A stretch of DNA of 64,000 nucleotides from Gemmatimonas sp. (GCA_965279375.1 OZ257156.1:3456001-3520000); one strand, 5' to 3'. Counted from the stretch's first letter, positions 9,807 to 19,962 are shown. Notes: generated by a model not told the origin, from the letters alone. A program made the numbers and translations.

Positions 9807-11159
9807 ATGAATTTGTCGCCCCTTCGTCGGTGCCGATTGCTGATCGCCGCGGCCGCGCTCGCGCTTGGTCCCCAACCGGCCGACTCGCAGGCGCTGCGCA
9901 CTGCCCCCGCTATGCCGATCATTTTCGTGCACGGAAACGGCGATCATGCGGGCCTCTGGGACGCGACGATCTGGCGGTTTGAGTCGAACGGCTATCCCGC
10001 AGATCGACTGTTCGCCGTCGACCTCCCCCATCCGCTCGCGCAGGCGAACGTCCGTGTCGCGGAGGAGAACCGATCGAGCCCGGAGGACCAGACTGCCGCA
10101 CTGGCGGCCTTCGTCACGCGTGTCCTGCTCAAGACCGGGGCCTCGAAGGTGGCACTCGTTGGCAGCTCGCGTGGCGGCATGACCATCCGGAACTACGTGC
10201 GTTTCGGTGGTGGAGCGGCGCACGTCTCGCACGTGATTACCTGCGGGTCCCCCAATCACGGCGTATTCGCTAACCCGGCGTTTCAGCCGCTCAACGAGTT
10301 CAACGGCGCTGGCGAGTACCTTCGCACGTTGAACGCCGGACGCGAGGTGGTCGCCGGGGTTCGCTATTTGACCCTGCGCAGCGACTCGGCGGACAAGTAC
10401 GCGCAGAGCGATGGCGCCGCGCTCGGCACTCCCGGCGTTCCCACCAACGTGGATGCCCGTGGTCCGGCGCTGCGCGGTGCCGTCGATGTGGTGCTGTCGG
10501 GGGCGGATCACCGCGAGACCGCATTCTCGGCGCAGGCGTTCGCCGCGCAGTACCGCTTCCTTACGGGACGCACGCCCGCTCGCCTGACCGTTACCCCCGA
10601 TTCCGTCGCAGTGCTCGGAGGGCTGATCAGCGGCGTGGGCAACGGGTCGCCCACCAATCTGCCGATGCCGGGAGCGTCCATTCGCGTCTACGAGGTCGAT
10701 CGTGAATCCGGACGCCGTCTTGGGGGCGCGGCGCACGCGCAAACCGTGGGCGTGGATGGCCGTTGGGGGCCGTTTCGCGCCCGCCCGGATGCGACGTACG
10801 AGTTCGAGGTGGTGCCAAGTGATAGCGCGGTCATCCTCGACTTCTTCCGCGCGCCACTGCCGAGGAGCACCTCGCTCGTCAACTTCCGGGTACCTGCCTC
10901 GGTCACACGCAGCGACAGCACCACCGTGCTCATCGTGCGCCCGCGAGGATATCTGGGTGCACGTCGCGACACGGTGCAGTTCGACGGCGAGCCGGCGCGT
11001 GGTATTCCGGCAGGCGTACCGTCAATCGATCGCGTGAGTAAGCGATACGGAGGTCCTGATCGGAGCGTGACCACGCGCCTGAATGGCGAACGAATCGTCG
11101 TTCGCACGTCGCCTGGCGATGCGCGCCGCGTGGTGATCGCGGAGTTCACCGGGCTATAG
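9807..11159 (+). CDS. Exported alpha/beta-hydrolase (Lipase_2-like) with C-terminal beta domains
   Basis: 'PIIFVHGNG' oxyanion motif, '[10 protein letters not shown]' nucleophile elbow, 'GSPNHG' and a signal peptide. Confidence 0.8.
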   Translation: MNLSPLRRCRLLIAAAALALGPQPADSQALRTAPAMPIIFVHGNGDHAGLWDATIWRFESNGYPADRLFAVDLPHPLAQANVRVAEENRSSPEDQTAALAAFVTRVLLKTGASKVALVGSSRGGMTIRNYVRFGGGAAHVSHVITCGSPNHGVFANPAFQPLNEFNGAGEYLRTLNAGREVVAGVRYLTLRSDSADKYAQSDGAALGTPGVPTNVDARGPALRGAVDVVLSGADHRETAFSAQAFAAQYRFLTGRTPARLTVTPDSVAVLGGLISGVGNGSPTNLPMPGASIRVYEVDRESGRRLGGAAHAQTVGVDGRWGPFRARPDATYEFEVVPSDSAVILDFFRAPLPRSTSLVNFRVPASVTRSDSTTVLIVRPRGYLGARRDTVQFDGEPARGIPAGVPSIDRVSKRYGGPDRSVTTRLNGERIVVRTSPGDARRVVIAEFTGL

Positions 11160-11419
11160 AACGAGTCGGCGACGTTCGCGTCGCCAATCGACCAACGCAC
11201 GGCCGCGCTGCGCAAGAGAGTCACGTCGGCGTATCCGCTGCCGGCGCTGCAAAGCAGCATGCCGACAGGGCGCTGGCCTGGATGCCAATGACCGTTTCAG
11301 CGTGGGAACTGGACATCATGTCCAGGATGTGCGCGCTATCACGAAGATGACCGAAGTCGCGCGTACTCGTCCATCGGACAGTACGCGTGACTCGGCTTCG
11401 AAGCGCCTCTCACATTGCC

Positions 11420-13009
11420 ATGCCACAACTTGATCGTGTTTTGCCGCGCCTCGACGGTGGTGCGGCCAGTGAAGTCGTTCTGGAAGCGGACGCGCCCATT
11501 CGTTGCCTGACAGCGGCCGGTCCGCAGGCCGTGACGCAGCAGGTGCTCAATCGGCAGCAAGTGCTCGCGCTGGTGGCAGAAGTTGCGCCGCCGGCGGACC
11601 GGGCCAGTATCGCTGCGGGCGTGAATGTGCACTTCGGCTACGTGCTGAACGGTCACATGTATCAGATCGCACAGGACACGTCGGCGCCCGCGCTGCGCAT
11701 TGCGATTCGTCGCGGTGCCGACGCTGATGTCGCTCCGTTGGATCCGGCTCACGCGCCGCCCGTGCTGTCGGTGACGCCCCGCGACCCGCGCGCGACCGAC
11801 ATCGATCCAAACGCCACGCCTGGTGCGCCGCCCGAAGGCTCTGGAGAGCGCCGTGCGTGGCGCCGTCGCGCCAGCGACCAGCCGCTCGGTCCGTACGAAA
11901 ATGCGAGCGCGGCGCGTGAGGCGATGGAGAAGCTCCTGCGACTGCAGGTCACGCGGAAGGCGGCCGATTTGCATCTACGCATCGGCGAGCCGCCCATCCT
12001 CCGCAGTGGCGGTGATCTCGTGCGCGTCGAGGGCGAAGCGCCGGTCGACGAGGGCACGTTGCTGGCGATGCTGTATGCCATCATGCCGGACAAGAACAAG
12101 GCGGAGTTCGAAGCGCAGTGGGACACTGACTTCGCGCACGAAATCGCCGGCGTCTCGCGCTTCCGCGTGAACGTCTTCAAGGATCGGAACGGCGTGGCCT
12201 CCGTCACGCGCACCATCGCCACCGAAACGGTGACGGTGGAGCAGATGGGTGTCTCGACAGAGGTGCAGCAGCTGTGCAACCTCACCAAGGGACTGGTGCT
12301 CGTCACCGGACCGACGGGATCAGGCAAGTCCACCACGCTGTGCGCGTTGATCGATCTGGTGAATCGGTCTCGTCAGGATCACATCATTACCATCGAAGAT
12401 CCGATCGAGTTCGTCCACCAAAGCAAGAAGTGTCTGATCACGCAGCGACAGGTCGGCGTGCACACGCAGTCGTTCAAGAGCGCATTGCGTGCGGCGCTGC
12501 GCGAAGACCCTGACATCATCATGGTTGGCGAGCTGCGTGACCTCGAGACGATCGCCATCGCACTCGAGACGGCAGAGACCGGGCATCTCGTGTTCGGCAC
12601 GTTGCATACTTCCACGGCCGCGTCCACGATCAATCGTATCGTCGATCAGTTTCCGGCGGATCGTCAGGATCAGATCAAGGTCATGTTGGCGGAGTCGCTC
12701 AAGGGCGTGATTTCGCAGACGCTCTGCCGCAAGATCGGTGGCGGACGCGTGGCTGCACGCGAGATCCTGTTGGTCAACAAGGCGGCCAGTGCGCTGATCC
12801 GCGAAGGCAAGACGGTGCAGATCAACAACATCATCCAGACGCAGAAGAAGCTGGGCATGGAAACGCTCAACGACGCGCTGCTGACGTTGGTGAAGAAGGG
12901 CGACGTCGAGCCGGTGGAAGCGTACAACAAGTCCGTGGAGAAGAAGGACATGGCGCTCAAGCTGCGCGCGCTCGGCCACGACATGTCGGCGTACGCGAGC
13001 GAGGAATAG
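11420..13009 (+). CDS. pilT: PilT/PilU-family type IV pilus retraction ATPase with N-terminal extension
   Basis: Walker A GPTGSGKST, Asp box TIEDPIE, Walker B DIIMVGE, His box GHLVFGTLH and AIRNLIRE-like 'AASALIRE'. Confidence 0.88.
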   Translation: MPQLDRVLPRLDGGAASEVVLEADAPIRCLTAAGPQAVTQQVLNRQQVLALVAEVAPPADRASIAAGVNVHFGYVLNGHMYQIAQDTSAPALRIAIRRGADADVAPLDPAHAPPVLSVTPRDPRATDIDPNATPGAPPEGSGERRAWRRRASDQPLGPYENASAAREAMEKLLRLQVTRKAADLHLRIGEPPILRSGGDLVRVEGEAPVDEGTLLAMLYAIMPDKNKAEFEAQWDTDFAHEIAGVSRFRVNVFKDRNGVASVTRTIATETVTVEQMGVSTEVQQLCNLTKGLVLVTGPTGSGKSTTLCALIDLVNRSRQDHIITIEDPIEFVHQSKKCLITQRQVGVHTQSFKSALRAALREDPDIIMVGELRDLETIAIALETAETGHLVFGTLHTSTAASTINRIVDQFPADRQDQIKVMLAESLKGVISQTLCRKIGGGRVAAREILLVNKAASALIREGKTVQINNIIQTQKKLGMETLNDALLTLVKKGDVEPVEAYNKSVEKKDMALKLRALGHDMSAYASEE

Positions 13010-13135
13010 CGCGCTTCCATTCAGCCGTCACTGTCACGGAATCATGACGAGTGGCTGAAACCGCGGCTGGCGGGTAATCGTTGGGCGGTCGGGCCGACAT
13101 CTCAGTCGGTCCGACTTATCGATTCCTGCGGCAAG

Positions 13136-13723
13136 GTGGGCGGCCTGACGACGCTGCGCGATGTGCCTGACATCTCCGTACTCCCTCTCGATGCCGTCGC
13201 GCAGATTCGCGACGGCAATCTCGCGGCGTTCGAGGTGGTCTATCGCGCGATGCATGCACCGCTGGTCACCTTTGCCATGCGATATGTAGGCGACGGGGCG
13301 CGCGCTGAGGAGCTGGTGCAGGATCTCTTCGTGGAGCTGTGGCAGCGGCGCACCGCGTGGACTGTGCAGGGTAGCCTCCGATCGTACCTGTTCGCCGCCG
13401 CGCGCAACCGCGCGCTCAATCTCCGCCGGCGCGATGCGGTGGAGCGCGACTGGGCCGATGACGAAGCACACGACGCGGTACGTGCGCTGCATCCGGCGCC
13501 GACTCGGCCCGACGTGGCACTGGAACAGGAAGAGTTGCAGGCGCGATTGGCACGCGCGCTGGCGTCGCTGCCGGAGCGATGCGCCTTGGTGATGCACCTG
13601 CGGTGGCGCGACGGGCTCAGCTACGGAGAGATCGCCGAGGTCATGGGGATTTCCACCAAGGGCGTCGAGAACCAGTTGGGGCGAGGACTCAAGGCGCTTC
13701 GCGAGAAACTCAGCGACGGATAG
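13136..13723 (+). CDS. ECF RNA polymerase sigma-70 factor (FecI-like)
   Basis: Region 2 'AEELVQDLFVELW..YLFAAARNRALN' and region 4 'LPERC..GLSYGEIAEVMGIS'. Precedes a FecR-like gene. Confidence 0.9.
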   Translation: MGGLTTLRDVPDISVLPLDAVAQIRDGNLAAFEVVYRAMHAPLVTFAMRYVGDGARAEELVQDLFVELWQRRTAWTVQGSLRSYLFAAARNRALNLRRRDAVERDWADDEAHDAVRALHPAPTRPDVALEQEELQARLARALASLPERCALVMHLRWRDGLSYGEIAEVMGISTKGVENQLGRGLKALREKLSDG

Positions 13724-13792
13724 CTGGCCGAAAAGTCGGTTGTGGGGATTTCGCGATCCCCCGTGTCTTGGAAGCGACCCTTTCCACAGACC

Positions 13793-14878
13793 ATGACGTC
13801 ACCCGACCCGCTCGACCCACAACTTCTCGATCGCTACCTCGCCGGTATCGCCACGGACGCCGACGTTCGTGCGGTCGTCGATTGGATGGCGCGTGACCCG
13901 CGGAACCGGGCGCTGATCGAGGGGCTCGCGCAGCAAGCGTCCCCCGCCTTGCCGCTCACCACCGACGAGTCTTGGCGTGCTGTGCAGGCGCGACTGAGCG
14001 ATGTGCCCGCGGGCGTGGCTGGGGAATCGCAGCACGTGCAAGACGGCACAGCTGCCGACCGTGCATCTGTCGTGTCGATCGGGACGCAGCGGGCGAAACG
14101 TCGCGTTGCCGCAGAGAAGAGTGCGCGCCGTATTGGAGGCGGTGTCCTCCCAATGGTGTTGCGCATAGCGGCGGCGCTGCTGCTGGTGGTGGGCGGTACA
14201 GCGACGTGGCGCGCCACGCGCGCACCGGAACAACACGAAGTGGTCGCCGCGCTCGGCAAGTCCACCACGCTTTCGCTCGCTGATGGATCGCGGGTGACGC
14301 TTGCACCGGGCAGTCGCATTACGTGGACGGGCGAGTTCGGATCCGCATCGCGAGAGCTAACGCTCGTTGGCGAGGCGTACTTCGCGGTTGTGCACGACAG
14401 CGCACGACCGTTCCGCGTGCGAGCCCAATCGGGCATCGCGGAGGATATCGGCACGCGCTTTGTCGTCCGTGCCTGGTCGAGCAGTGCGCCGTTAGACGTC
14501 GCCGTGGAGGAGGGTGCGGTTGCGCTCTCCGATACCACGGAGGCCGCGAGACTCGTGGCAACGACACTGCGTGTCGGAGACCGCGGGCAACTCGGGCGTG
14601 ATGGCGTGGTCTCCGTCTCGCACGACGCCGAGCTGATGCTGGCGTGGACTCGCGGCGAGCTAGTGTTCGCCGACACGCCGCTTGCCGACGCGCTGGTCGA
14701 GATCTCGCGTTGGTACAACACAGACCTGCATGCCTCGCCAGCGCTTGCCGCGCGGCGACTCAATGCGCGCTTCCTGTCGCAGCCACTGCCGGAGCTCATC
14801 AACTCGCTCGCGCTAGCGCTGGATGCCAGCGTCGTTCGTGACGGACCGCGTGTCACACTGGTGCCCAAGACCCCATGA
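13793..14878 (+). CDS. FecR-family anti-sigma factor
   Basis: N-terminal anti-sigma helix, TM segment 'IAAALLLVVGG', 'LADGSRVTL', 'GEAYFAV.HD..RPFRV', 'IGTRF' and 'AWTRGELVF'. Confidence 0.9.
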   Translation: MTSPDPLDPQLLDRYLAGIATDADVRAVVDWMARDPRNRALIEGLAQQASPALPLTTDESWRAVQARLSDVPAGVAGESQHVQDGTAADRASVVSIGTQRAKRRVAAEKSARRIGGGVLPMVLRIAAALLLVVGGTATWRATRAPEQHEVVAALGKSTTLSLADGSRVTLAPGSRITWTGEFGSASRELTLVGEAYFAVVHDSARPFRVRAQSGIAEDIGTRFVVRAWSSSAPLDVAVEEGAVALSDTTEAARLVATTLRVGDRGQLGRDGVVSVSHDAELMLAWTRGELVFADTPLADALVEISRWYNTDLHASPALAARRLNARFLSQPLPELINSLALALDASVVRDGPRVTLVPKTP

Positions 14879-17679
14879 TCATGATTGCAATTTCAACACG
14901 TCTCCTGTGCCGCCGCCTCGCGATGCTCACCGCCACTGGCGCGTTGTGTGCGCTCTATGCGGAAGGTCTCCGGGCTCAGGCGCGAAGTGCAGCACCCGGT
15001 AGCGTCTCTACAGGCGCCGCGACGCCCTTCGCCACACTCGATCGCAGCGGTGCGACTGCGGGCCCGTTGGCCGTGATGGTGTCAGTCGATGCGCGCAGTC
15101 GCGCCCGCGGAGAGGTCCTCGCGGACATCGCGAGGCAAGCCCATGTCTCCTTCGTGGCCGATCGGGCGCTGCCGGCGCTCCAGCAGCGTGTCACGCTGAC
15201 GATGCCTCGTGTCTCTGCGGGTGAAGCGTTGATGCGCGCGACCGATGGCGCGCCGCTGACGGTATTGGTCGGCCCTGGCGGTCAGATCGTGATCAAGGAC
15301 CGCCCGGCAGTCGCACCGGTGAAGCCGGATGCAGAGGGCCAGGAGCGACTGCGCATGACGGGATACATCCGCAACGCGGCCACACAGGAAGTGGTACGAC
15401 ATGCCTTCGTCGCCGCCGATGACGACGTTCGCCGTGAGAGCAATGAGGAGGGCTTCTACTTTCTCACGCTGACCGCTGGCGTGCATCGCATTCGGGTTCG
15501 CGCGCTCGGCTTCGCGCCGTTCGATACCACGCTCACGCTGCGTGACAACATCACGGTCGATCTGCAATTGGGCGCTGCCAACGTGACCCTCAGCGCGGTG
15601 AAGGTTCAGGCCAACAAGGGCGAACGCGCCGACCTCGACCCGCAGCTGCCGGACATGAGCGTCGTGCGTCTGGACCTCAAGACGGCAAAGAACGCGCCCG
15701 TTATGCTTGGTGAACCCGATGCCATTCGCACGCTGATGCTGTTGCCGGGCGTCTCCGCCGCGAGCGACGCGTCCACCAGCTTCAACGTGCGCGGTGGTGG
15801 CGCGGATCAGAATCTGATTCTGCTCGACGAATCCACGATCTACAATCCGGCGCACATCCTTGGCTTTCTCTCGGTGTTCAACTCCGACGCCATCGACGAC
15901 GTGACGCTGTACAAGGGAGCGATTCCTGCGCGTTTCGGCGGACGACTCTCGTCCGTGGTCGACATTCGGCAGCGCGAAGGCAATGCGAAGCAGTTCGTCG
16001 GCAATGCGTCAATCGGTCTGCTGTCCAGTCGCGCGTCGTACGAAGGCCCGCTGCCGGGCAATCGTGGCGCGTTCATGGTCGCCGCGCGGCGATCGTATGC
16101 CGATCTCTTTCTCGGCTTGGCCACCGACTCCACGCTGAAGGAGTCGGTCGCCTACTTCTACGACGTCAACGCCAAGGCGAGCCTGCGACTGGGCAAGAGT
16201 GGCGCACTGCTGCTCTCGGGCTATGGCGGGCGTGATCGATTCGCGCAGGGACGAGAGGTCTCCACCGGCTGGGGAAATCGCGCGGCCACGCTCCGATGGA
16301 ATCAGGCGATTGCGGGCCGTCTCTTCTCCAAGGTGACGTCAGCATGGAGCGACTACGACTATCGCCTCACCTTTCCCGTCGTGACGCGCGATACCGTCTC
16401 GTGGGTTGCGGGCATTCGCAGCCTGGATGTGAAAGTCGACGAGGTGCTCAATCTCACAGATCGCAATCGACTGGAGTTCGGTGCGGAGCTCATAGGGCAG
16501 GAGTTCCGCCCCGGTGAGATCGGTCCCACCGGCCGTTCCACGGTCAAGCGTGACTCCATCGAGACGCGGCACGGCCTCTCCAGCGCGTACTACCTTGGCC
16601 AGGAGCTCGATCTCGGCGACCGCGTGTCGGTGCGATACGGATTGCGCTACGCCAGCTTTGCGCGTGTCGGCGCGGCCACCATCTACCGCTACGCCAACAA
16701 CGCACCGGTCACGTACAATCGTGTGCTCGGCCGTTATGAGCCCAGCAAGCCGATCGACAGCACACGATACGCCGAGGGGAAAACTGTCTCGAGCGACGAC
16801 GGATTCGAGCCGCGATTCTCCGCGCGATTCTCGCTCTCACCGCAGACGAGTCTCAAGGCGTCGTACGCCCGCACGCGGCAGTATCTGCAGCTGGCTTCAC
16901 GCACCAACTCGCCCACGCCACTCGATGTGTGGGAGCCGGTGGGGCCTTACATCCAGCCGCAACAGTCCGATCAATACGCCATCGGCTTGAGTAGCGCGCG
17001 TACCGGATGGGAGCTTTCCGCCGAGGCGTATTACAAGCACTCGGACAACGTCATCGATTTCATCGACGGCGCCGACATCATCTTCAACAAAAAGCTCGAG
17101 ACGCAGTTGGTGCAGGGCGACGGTCGCGCGTACGGTCTCGAACTGTTTGCCCGACGTCAACGCGGTCGCCTCACCGGGTGGCTGAGTTACACGTTGAGCC
17201 GCGCCGAGCAGCGCGTGGTTGCCCCGATAGCCAGCACCAACGGCGCGCGAGAAGGGATCAACGGCGGTCGCTTTTATGCGTCGCCGTTCGACAAGACGCA
17301 CAATCTCTCCGCGGTCGGTGTGTACACGCTCAGCCCCAAGTGGACCGTCGGTGCGACGTTCTCACTCGCCAGTGGATTGCCGGCCACGTTTCCGGTCTCG
17401 AGATACGTGGTGGACGGACTGCTCGTCGCAGAGTTCGGCGAGCGCAACGCGAACCGCTTGCCCGTCTACCATCGACTCGATCTGAGCGCCACGCGAAAGC
17501 TCGGCCGCGGCGAGCTGCAGTTCGGCGTCTTGAACGCGTACAACCGATTCAATGCGCAGTCGATTCGCTTTCGTCAGGCGGAGCGCGACGCCCGCGTCGG
17601 CGAGGCGGTGCAACTGTCCGTGTTCGGCATCGTGCCGAGCATCAGCTATCAGTTCCGATTCTCGGGGAAGCCGCAATGA
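14875..17679 (+). CDS. TonB-dependent receptor with STN-like signalling domain and carboxypeptidase-regulatory-like domain
   Basis: Plug motifs 'LLPGV..FNVRGG..DQNLILLD' and 'GGRLSSVVDI', barrel 'YHRLDLS' and a C-terminal aromatic strand. Confidence 0.9.
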   Translation: MIMIAISTRLLCRRLAMLTATGALCALYAEGLRAQARSAAPGSVSTGAATPFATLDRSGATAGPLAVMVSVDARSRARGEVLADIARQAHVSFVADRALPALQQRVTLTMPRVSAGEALMRATDGAPLTVLVGPGGQIVIKDRPAVAPVKPDAEGQERLRMTGYIRNAATQEVVRHAFVAADDDVRRESNEEGFYFLTLTAGVHRIRVRALGFAPFDTTLTLRDNITVDLQLGAANVTLSAVKVQANKGERADLDPQLPDMSVVRLDLKTAKNAPVMLGEPDAIRTLMLLPGVSAASDASTSFNVRGGGADQNLILLDESTIYNPAHILGFLSVFNSDAIDDVTLYKGAIPARFGGRLSSVVDIRQREGNAKQFVGNASIGLLSSRASYEGPLPGNRGAFMVAARRSYADLFLGLATDSTLKESVAYFYDVNAKASLRLGKSGALLLSGYGGRDRFAQGREVSTGWGNRAATLRWNQAIAGRLFSKVTSAWSDYDYRLTFPVVTRDTVSWVAGIRSLDVKVDEVLNLTDRNRLEFGAELIGQEFRPGEIGPTGRSTVKRDSIETRHGLSSAYYLGQELDLGDRVSVRYGLRYASFARVGAATIYRYANNAPVTYNRVLGRYEPSKPIDSTRYAEGKTVSSDDGFEPRFSARFSLSPQTSLKASYARTRQYLQLASRTNSPTPLDVWEPVGPYIQPQQSDQYAIGLSSARTGWELSAEAYYKHSDNVIDFIDGADIIFNKKLETQLVQGDGRAYGLELFARRQRGRLTGWLSYTLSRAEQRVVAPIASTNGAREGINGGRFYASPFDKTHNLSAVGVYTLSPKWTVGATFSLASGLPATFPVSRYVVDGLLVAEFGERNANRLPVYHRLDLSATRKLGRGELQFGVLNAYNRFNAQSIRFRQAERDARVGEAVQLSVFGIVPSISYQFRFSGKPQ

Positions 17680-18545
17680 ACAATTGGCATAGTCCGCTGC
17701 GCGGTGCAGTCGCCCTACTCGCGTCGTGCGCGCTGATCGCGTGCGAGCGCGTCGTCAGCGTGGAGACCCCGGAAGATGTCGAGCGGCTGGTTGTGGAGGC
17801 GCGACTCGAGCGCGTGCAGGGTCGCGTGAGCGGCCGACAGCAGATTCGCTTGACCTTGTCGGACAGCTACTTCAGCAACGCACCGCAGCCGGTCGCTCGC
17901 GGTGCGGCCGTGCTGGTGCGCAGCAGTGCGGGGGACTCGGCGCGATTCGCGGAGTCGGCGACGGAGCCCGGCGTCTACGAGACCTCGTCGCTGGTGGTGC
18001 AGGCGGGGCGCACCTACACGCTGCGCATCGACTACTCAGGTGACCGCTACGAATCGGTCGAGAAGGCACTGCACGCGCCAGCGATCGACTCGCTGTTCTT
18101 CGCGCCGCGCAAGTCGAGTGTCGGTCCGAAGGAGGGGCTTCGTGCGACGATCATCGCGCGCGACTTTCCGGGCGAGGACAACTGGTACCTGTGGGATCAG
18201 TACGTGGATGGCCGTCGTTTAACCGCTGATGACTCCACGGCACCGAGGCGATCGATCGGTTCAGACCTGCTCATCGACGGGCGCGATGTCCTCGACTTCC
18301 AGCCGTATGAGGCGCAGGTGGTCAAGCCGGGTGAGACGGTGCTCGTGCGGCAAATGGCGCTGTCTGAGTCGCTCTTTCGCTACTTCAGCGCGTTGTCCGA
18401 GCAGACCGGCAACGACGGATCGCCCTTTGGTGTGCCCGCGGCGAGCCTGCGCGGCAACGTCGCCAATCTCACGAATCCTGCGCGTCGTCCGCTCGGATAT
18501 TTCATGGTTACCGAAGTCGCGGAGGCATCGGCGCGCGTTCCGTGA
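17676..18545 (+). CDS. DUF4249-like lipoprotein (TBDR partner)
   Basis: ATGA overlap with the receptor, lipobox 'LIACERV', 'RLVVEA', 'GRTYTLRI' and 'GNV.N....LGYF'. Confidence 0.8.
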   Translation: MNNWHSPLRGAVALLASCALIACERVVSVETPEDVERLVVEARLERVQGRVSGRQQIRLTLSDSYFSNAPQPVARGAAVLVRSSAGDSARFAESATEPGVYETSSLVVQAGRTYTLRIDYSGDRYESVEKALHAPAIDSLFFAPRKSSVGPKEGLRATIIARDFPGEDNWYLWDQYVDGRRLTADDSTAPRRSIGSDLLIDGRDVLDFQPYEAQVVKPGETVLVRQMALSESLFRYFSALSEQTGNDGSPFGVPAASLRGNVANLTNPARRPLGYFMVTEVAEASARVP

Positions 18546-18672
18546 GAACGATGTGATGACACCGGCCGTCCCAGAATCATACGGCTGATGCTATCGCGAG
18601 CGTTGCAAGCTGTGCATAATCTGGGAGGAGTCGCCGTTATTGCTGTGAATGTGCCCTCCACCCCTCCCTCCT

Positions 18673-19533
18673 ATGCCACAGCTGCGTTGGTCCTCGTACG
18701 TCGGCGTGATCGGCTGCGCGCTCGCATCTTCCCTCGGCGCGCAGGCCAAGCCTGCGGCTCGCGCGATGGCGAAGTCGCCTGCAGTTCCGGTGGTTGAAGT
18801 CGAAGCGATGGATTTCGCGTTCAAGGTGCCTGCCACCGCGCCGGCCGGGCTCGTCACCATTCGTCTCAAGAACACCGGTAAGTCGCTGCATCACGTGCAG
18901 CTCGCACGCATGAATCCGGGGCAGACGCTCGCGGATTTCATGACGCAGCTTCGCAAGCAGCCCGGCTCGGCGAATTGGCGTGAAGCGGAGGGAGGGCCGA
19001 CCTCCGCGATCGGTGGACAGGTCCTCGAGACGCAGATGATTCTGGCGCCCGGCACGTATGCCGTGTGGTGCTGGATTCCGTCGCAGGATGGGTCACCGCA
19101 CTACATGAAGGGCATGTACAGCAAGATCGAGGTGACGGGCTCGTCGTCCTCCAAGGCGTCCGTGGGCAAGGGCGATGTGAAGGTGACGCTCTCCGACTAC
19201 GAGTACACGCTCAGTGCCGCGCCGACAGTGGGCATTCAGACGTGGCGCATCGAGAACGTTGGGCCGCAGTCGCACGAGGTGACGCTGGTCAAGCTCGATC
19301 GCGGCAAGACGGCGTTAGATGTGCTCAAGTGGTACGAAGATGGACAGCGTACCGAGGCACCGGGGCGCATGGTTGGCGGTACGTCCACCATCGCAGCTGG
19401 TCGTGCCGTCACGTCGAAGTTCGACCTCGGTCCGGGCGAGTACGCATTGCTCTGCTTCACGCCCGAGCATCTCAACGGATCGGGAAAGCCGCACGCCGAC
19501 ATGGGAATGATGAAGACCATCTCGGTGCGTTGA
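18673..19533 (+). CDS. Exported two-domain cupredoxin-like protein
   Basis: Two repeats, each with 'N.G...H' and 'PG.Y...C..P....H...GM' type-1 copper-like ligand sets, plus a signal peptide. Confidence 0.7.
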   Translation: MPQLRWSSYVGVIGCALASSLGAQAKPAARAMAKSPAVPVVEVEAMDFAFKVPATAPAGLVTIRLKNTGKSLHHVQLARMNPGQTLADFMTQLRKQPGSANWREAEGGPTSAIGGQVLETQMILAPGTYAVWCWIPSQDGSPHYMKGMYSKIEVTGSSSSKASVGKGDVKVTLSDYEYTLSAAPTVGIQTWRIENVGPQSHEVTLVKLDRGKTALDVLKWYEDGQRTEAPGRMVGGTSTIAAGRAVTSKFDLGPGEYALLCFTPEHLNGSGKPHADMGMMKTISVR

Positions 19534-19542
19534 ACTGACGCA

Positions 19543-19854
19543 CTAGCGCGCACCGAAGTCGCGTTTACGCTCGGCGGTGTAGTGCCACCAGGGATGCGGC
19601 GGTGCGCCTTCCATGAAGCGCACCGTCGCGATCAAGACATCGGCGACGCACGGATCCTGACGCGTGTTAGTGAGCACACACAGTCGGTCGTACAGCGCGT
19701 ACGGATCCTGTCCGATGAGTGCGGCCGGCGACTCGAAGCCCAGCTGCCGAAAGTCCCCGGCGGAGGCAGGCCCGATGTTGGGCAGATCTTCGAAGCGCGT
19801 GATGCTGGTGCGGTCCTCGGGATACGTGCGTCCCGCTTTGCGTCGCGTAGCCAC
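19543..19854 (-). CDS. Small helix-hairpin-helix protein (Cdd1/'mitomycin resistance' family)
   Basis: 'EDLPNIGPASAGDF..LG', 'DPY.LY..LC', 'DPCV.D' and 'WWHYT.ERK'. Confidence 0.8.
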   Translation of the reverse strand: MATRRKAGRTYPEDRTSITRFEDLPNIGPASAGDFRQLGFESPAALIGQDPYALYDRLCVLTNTRQDPCVADVLIATVRFMEGAPPHPWWHYTAERKRDFGAR

Positions 19855-19886
19855 CTGGCCTCCACTGGTTGAGCGTGAGATAGACG

Positions 19887-19920
19887 AAGGGCCGCCTCGG
19901 CATGCCGAGACGGCCCTTTT
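19887..19920 (-). terminator. Stem-loop terminator
   Basis: AAGGGCCG-C-CTCGGCA/TGCCGAG-A-CGGCCCTT. The one mismatch (C.A on +) becomes a G.U pair on the minus strand. Confidence 0.65.
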
Positions 19921-19962
19921 GTCCTGTGCCAGCTCGAGACGATGCCCGAACCGGAACCCGAA

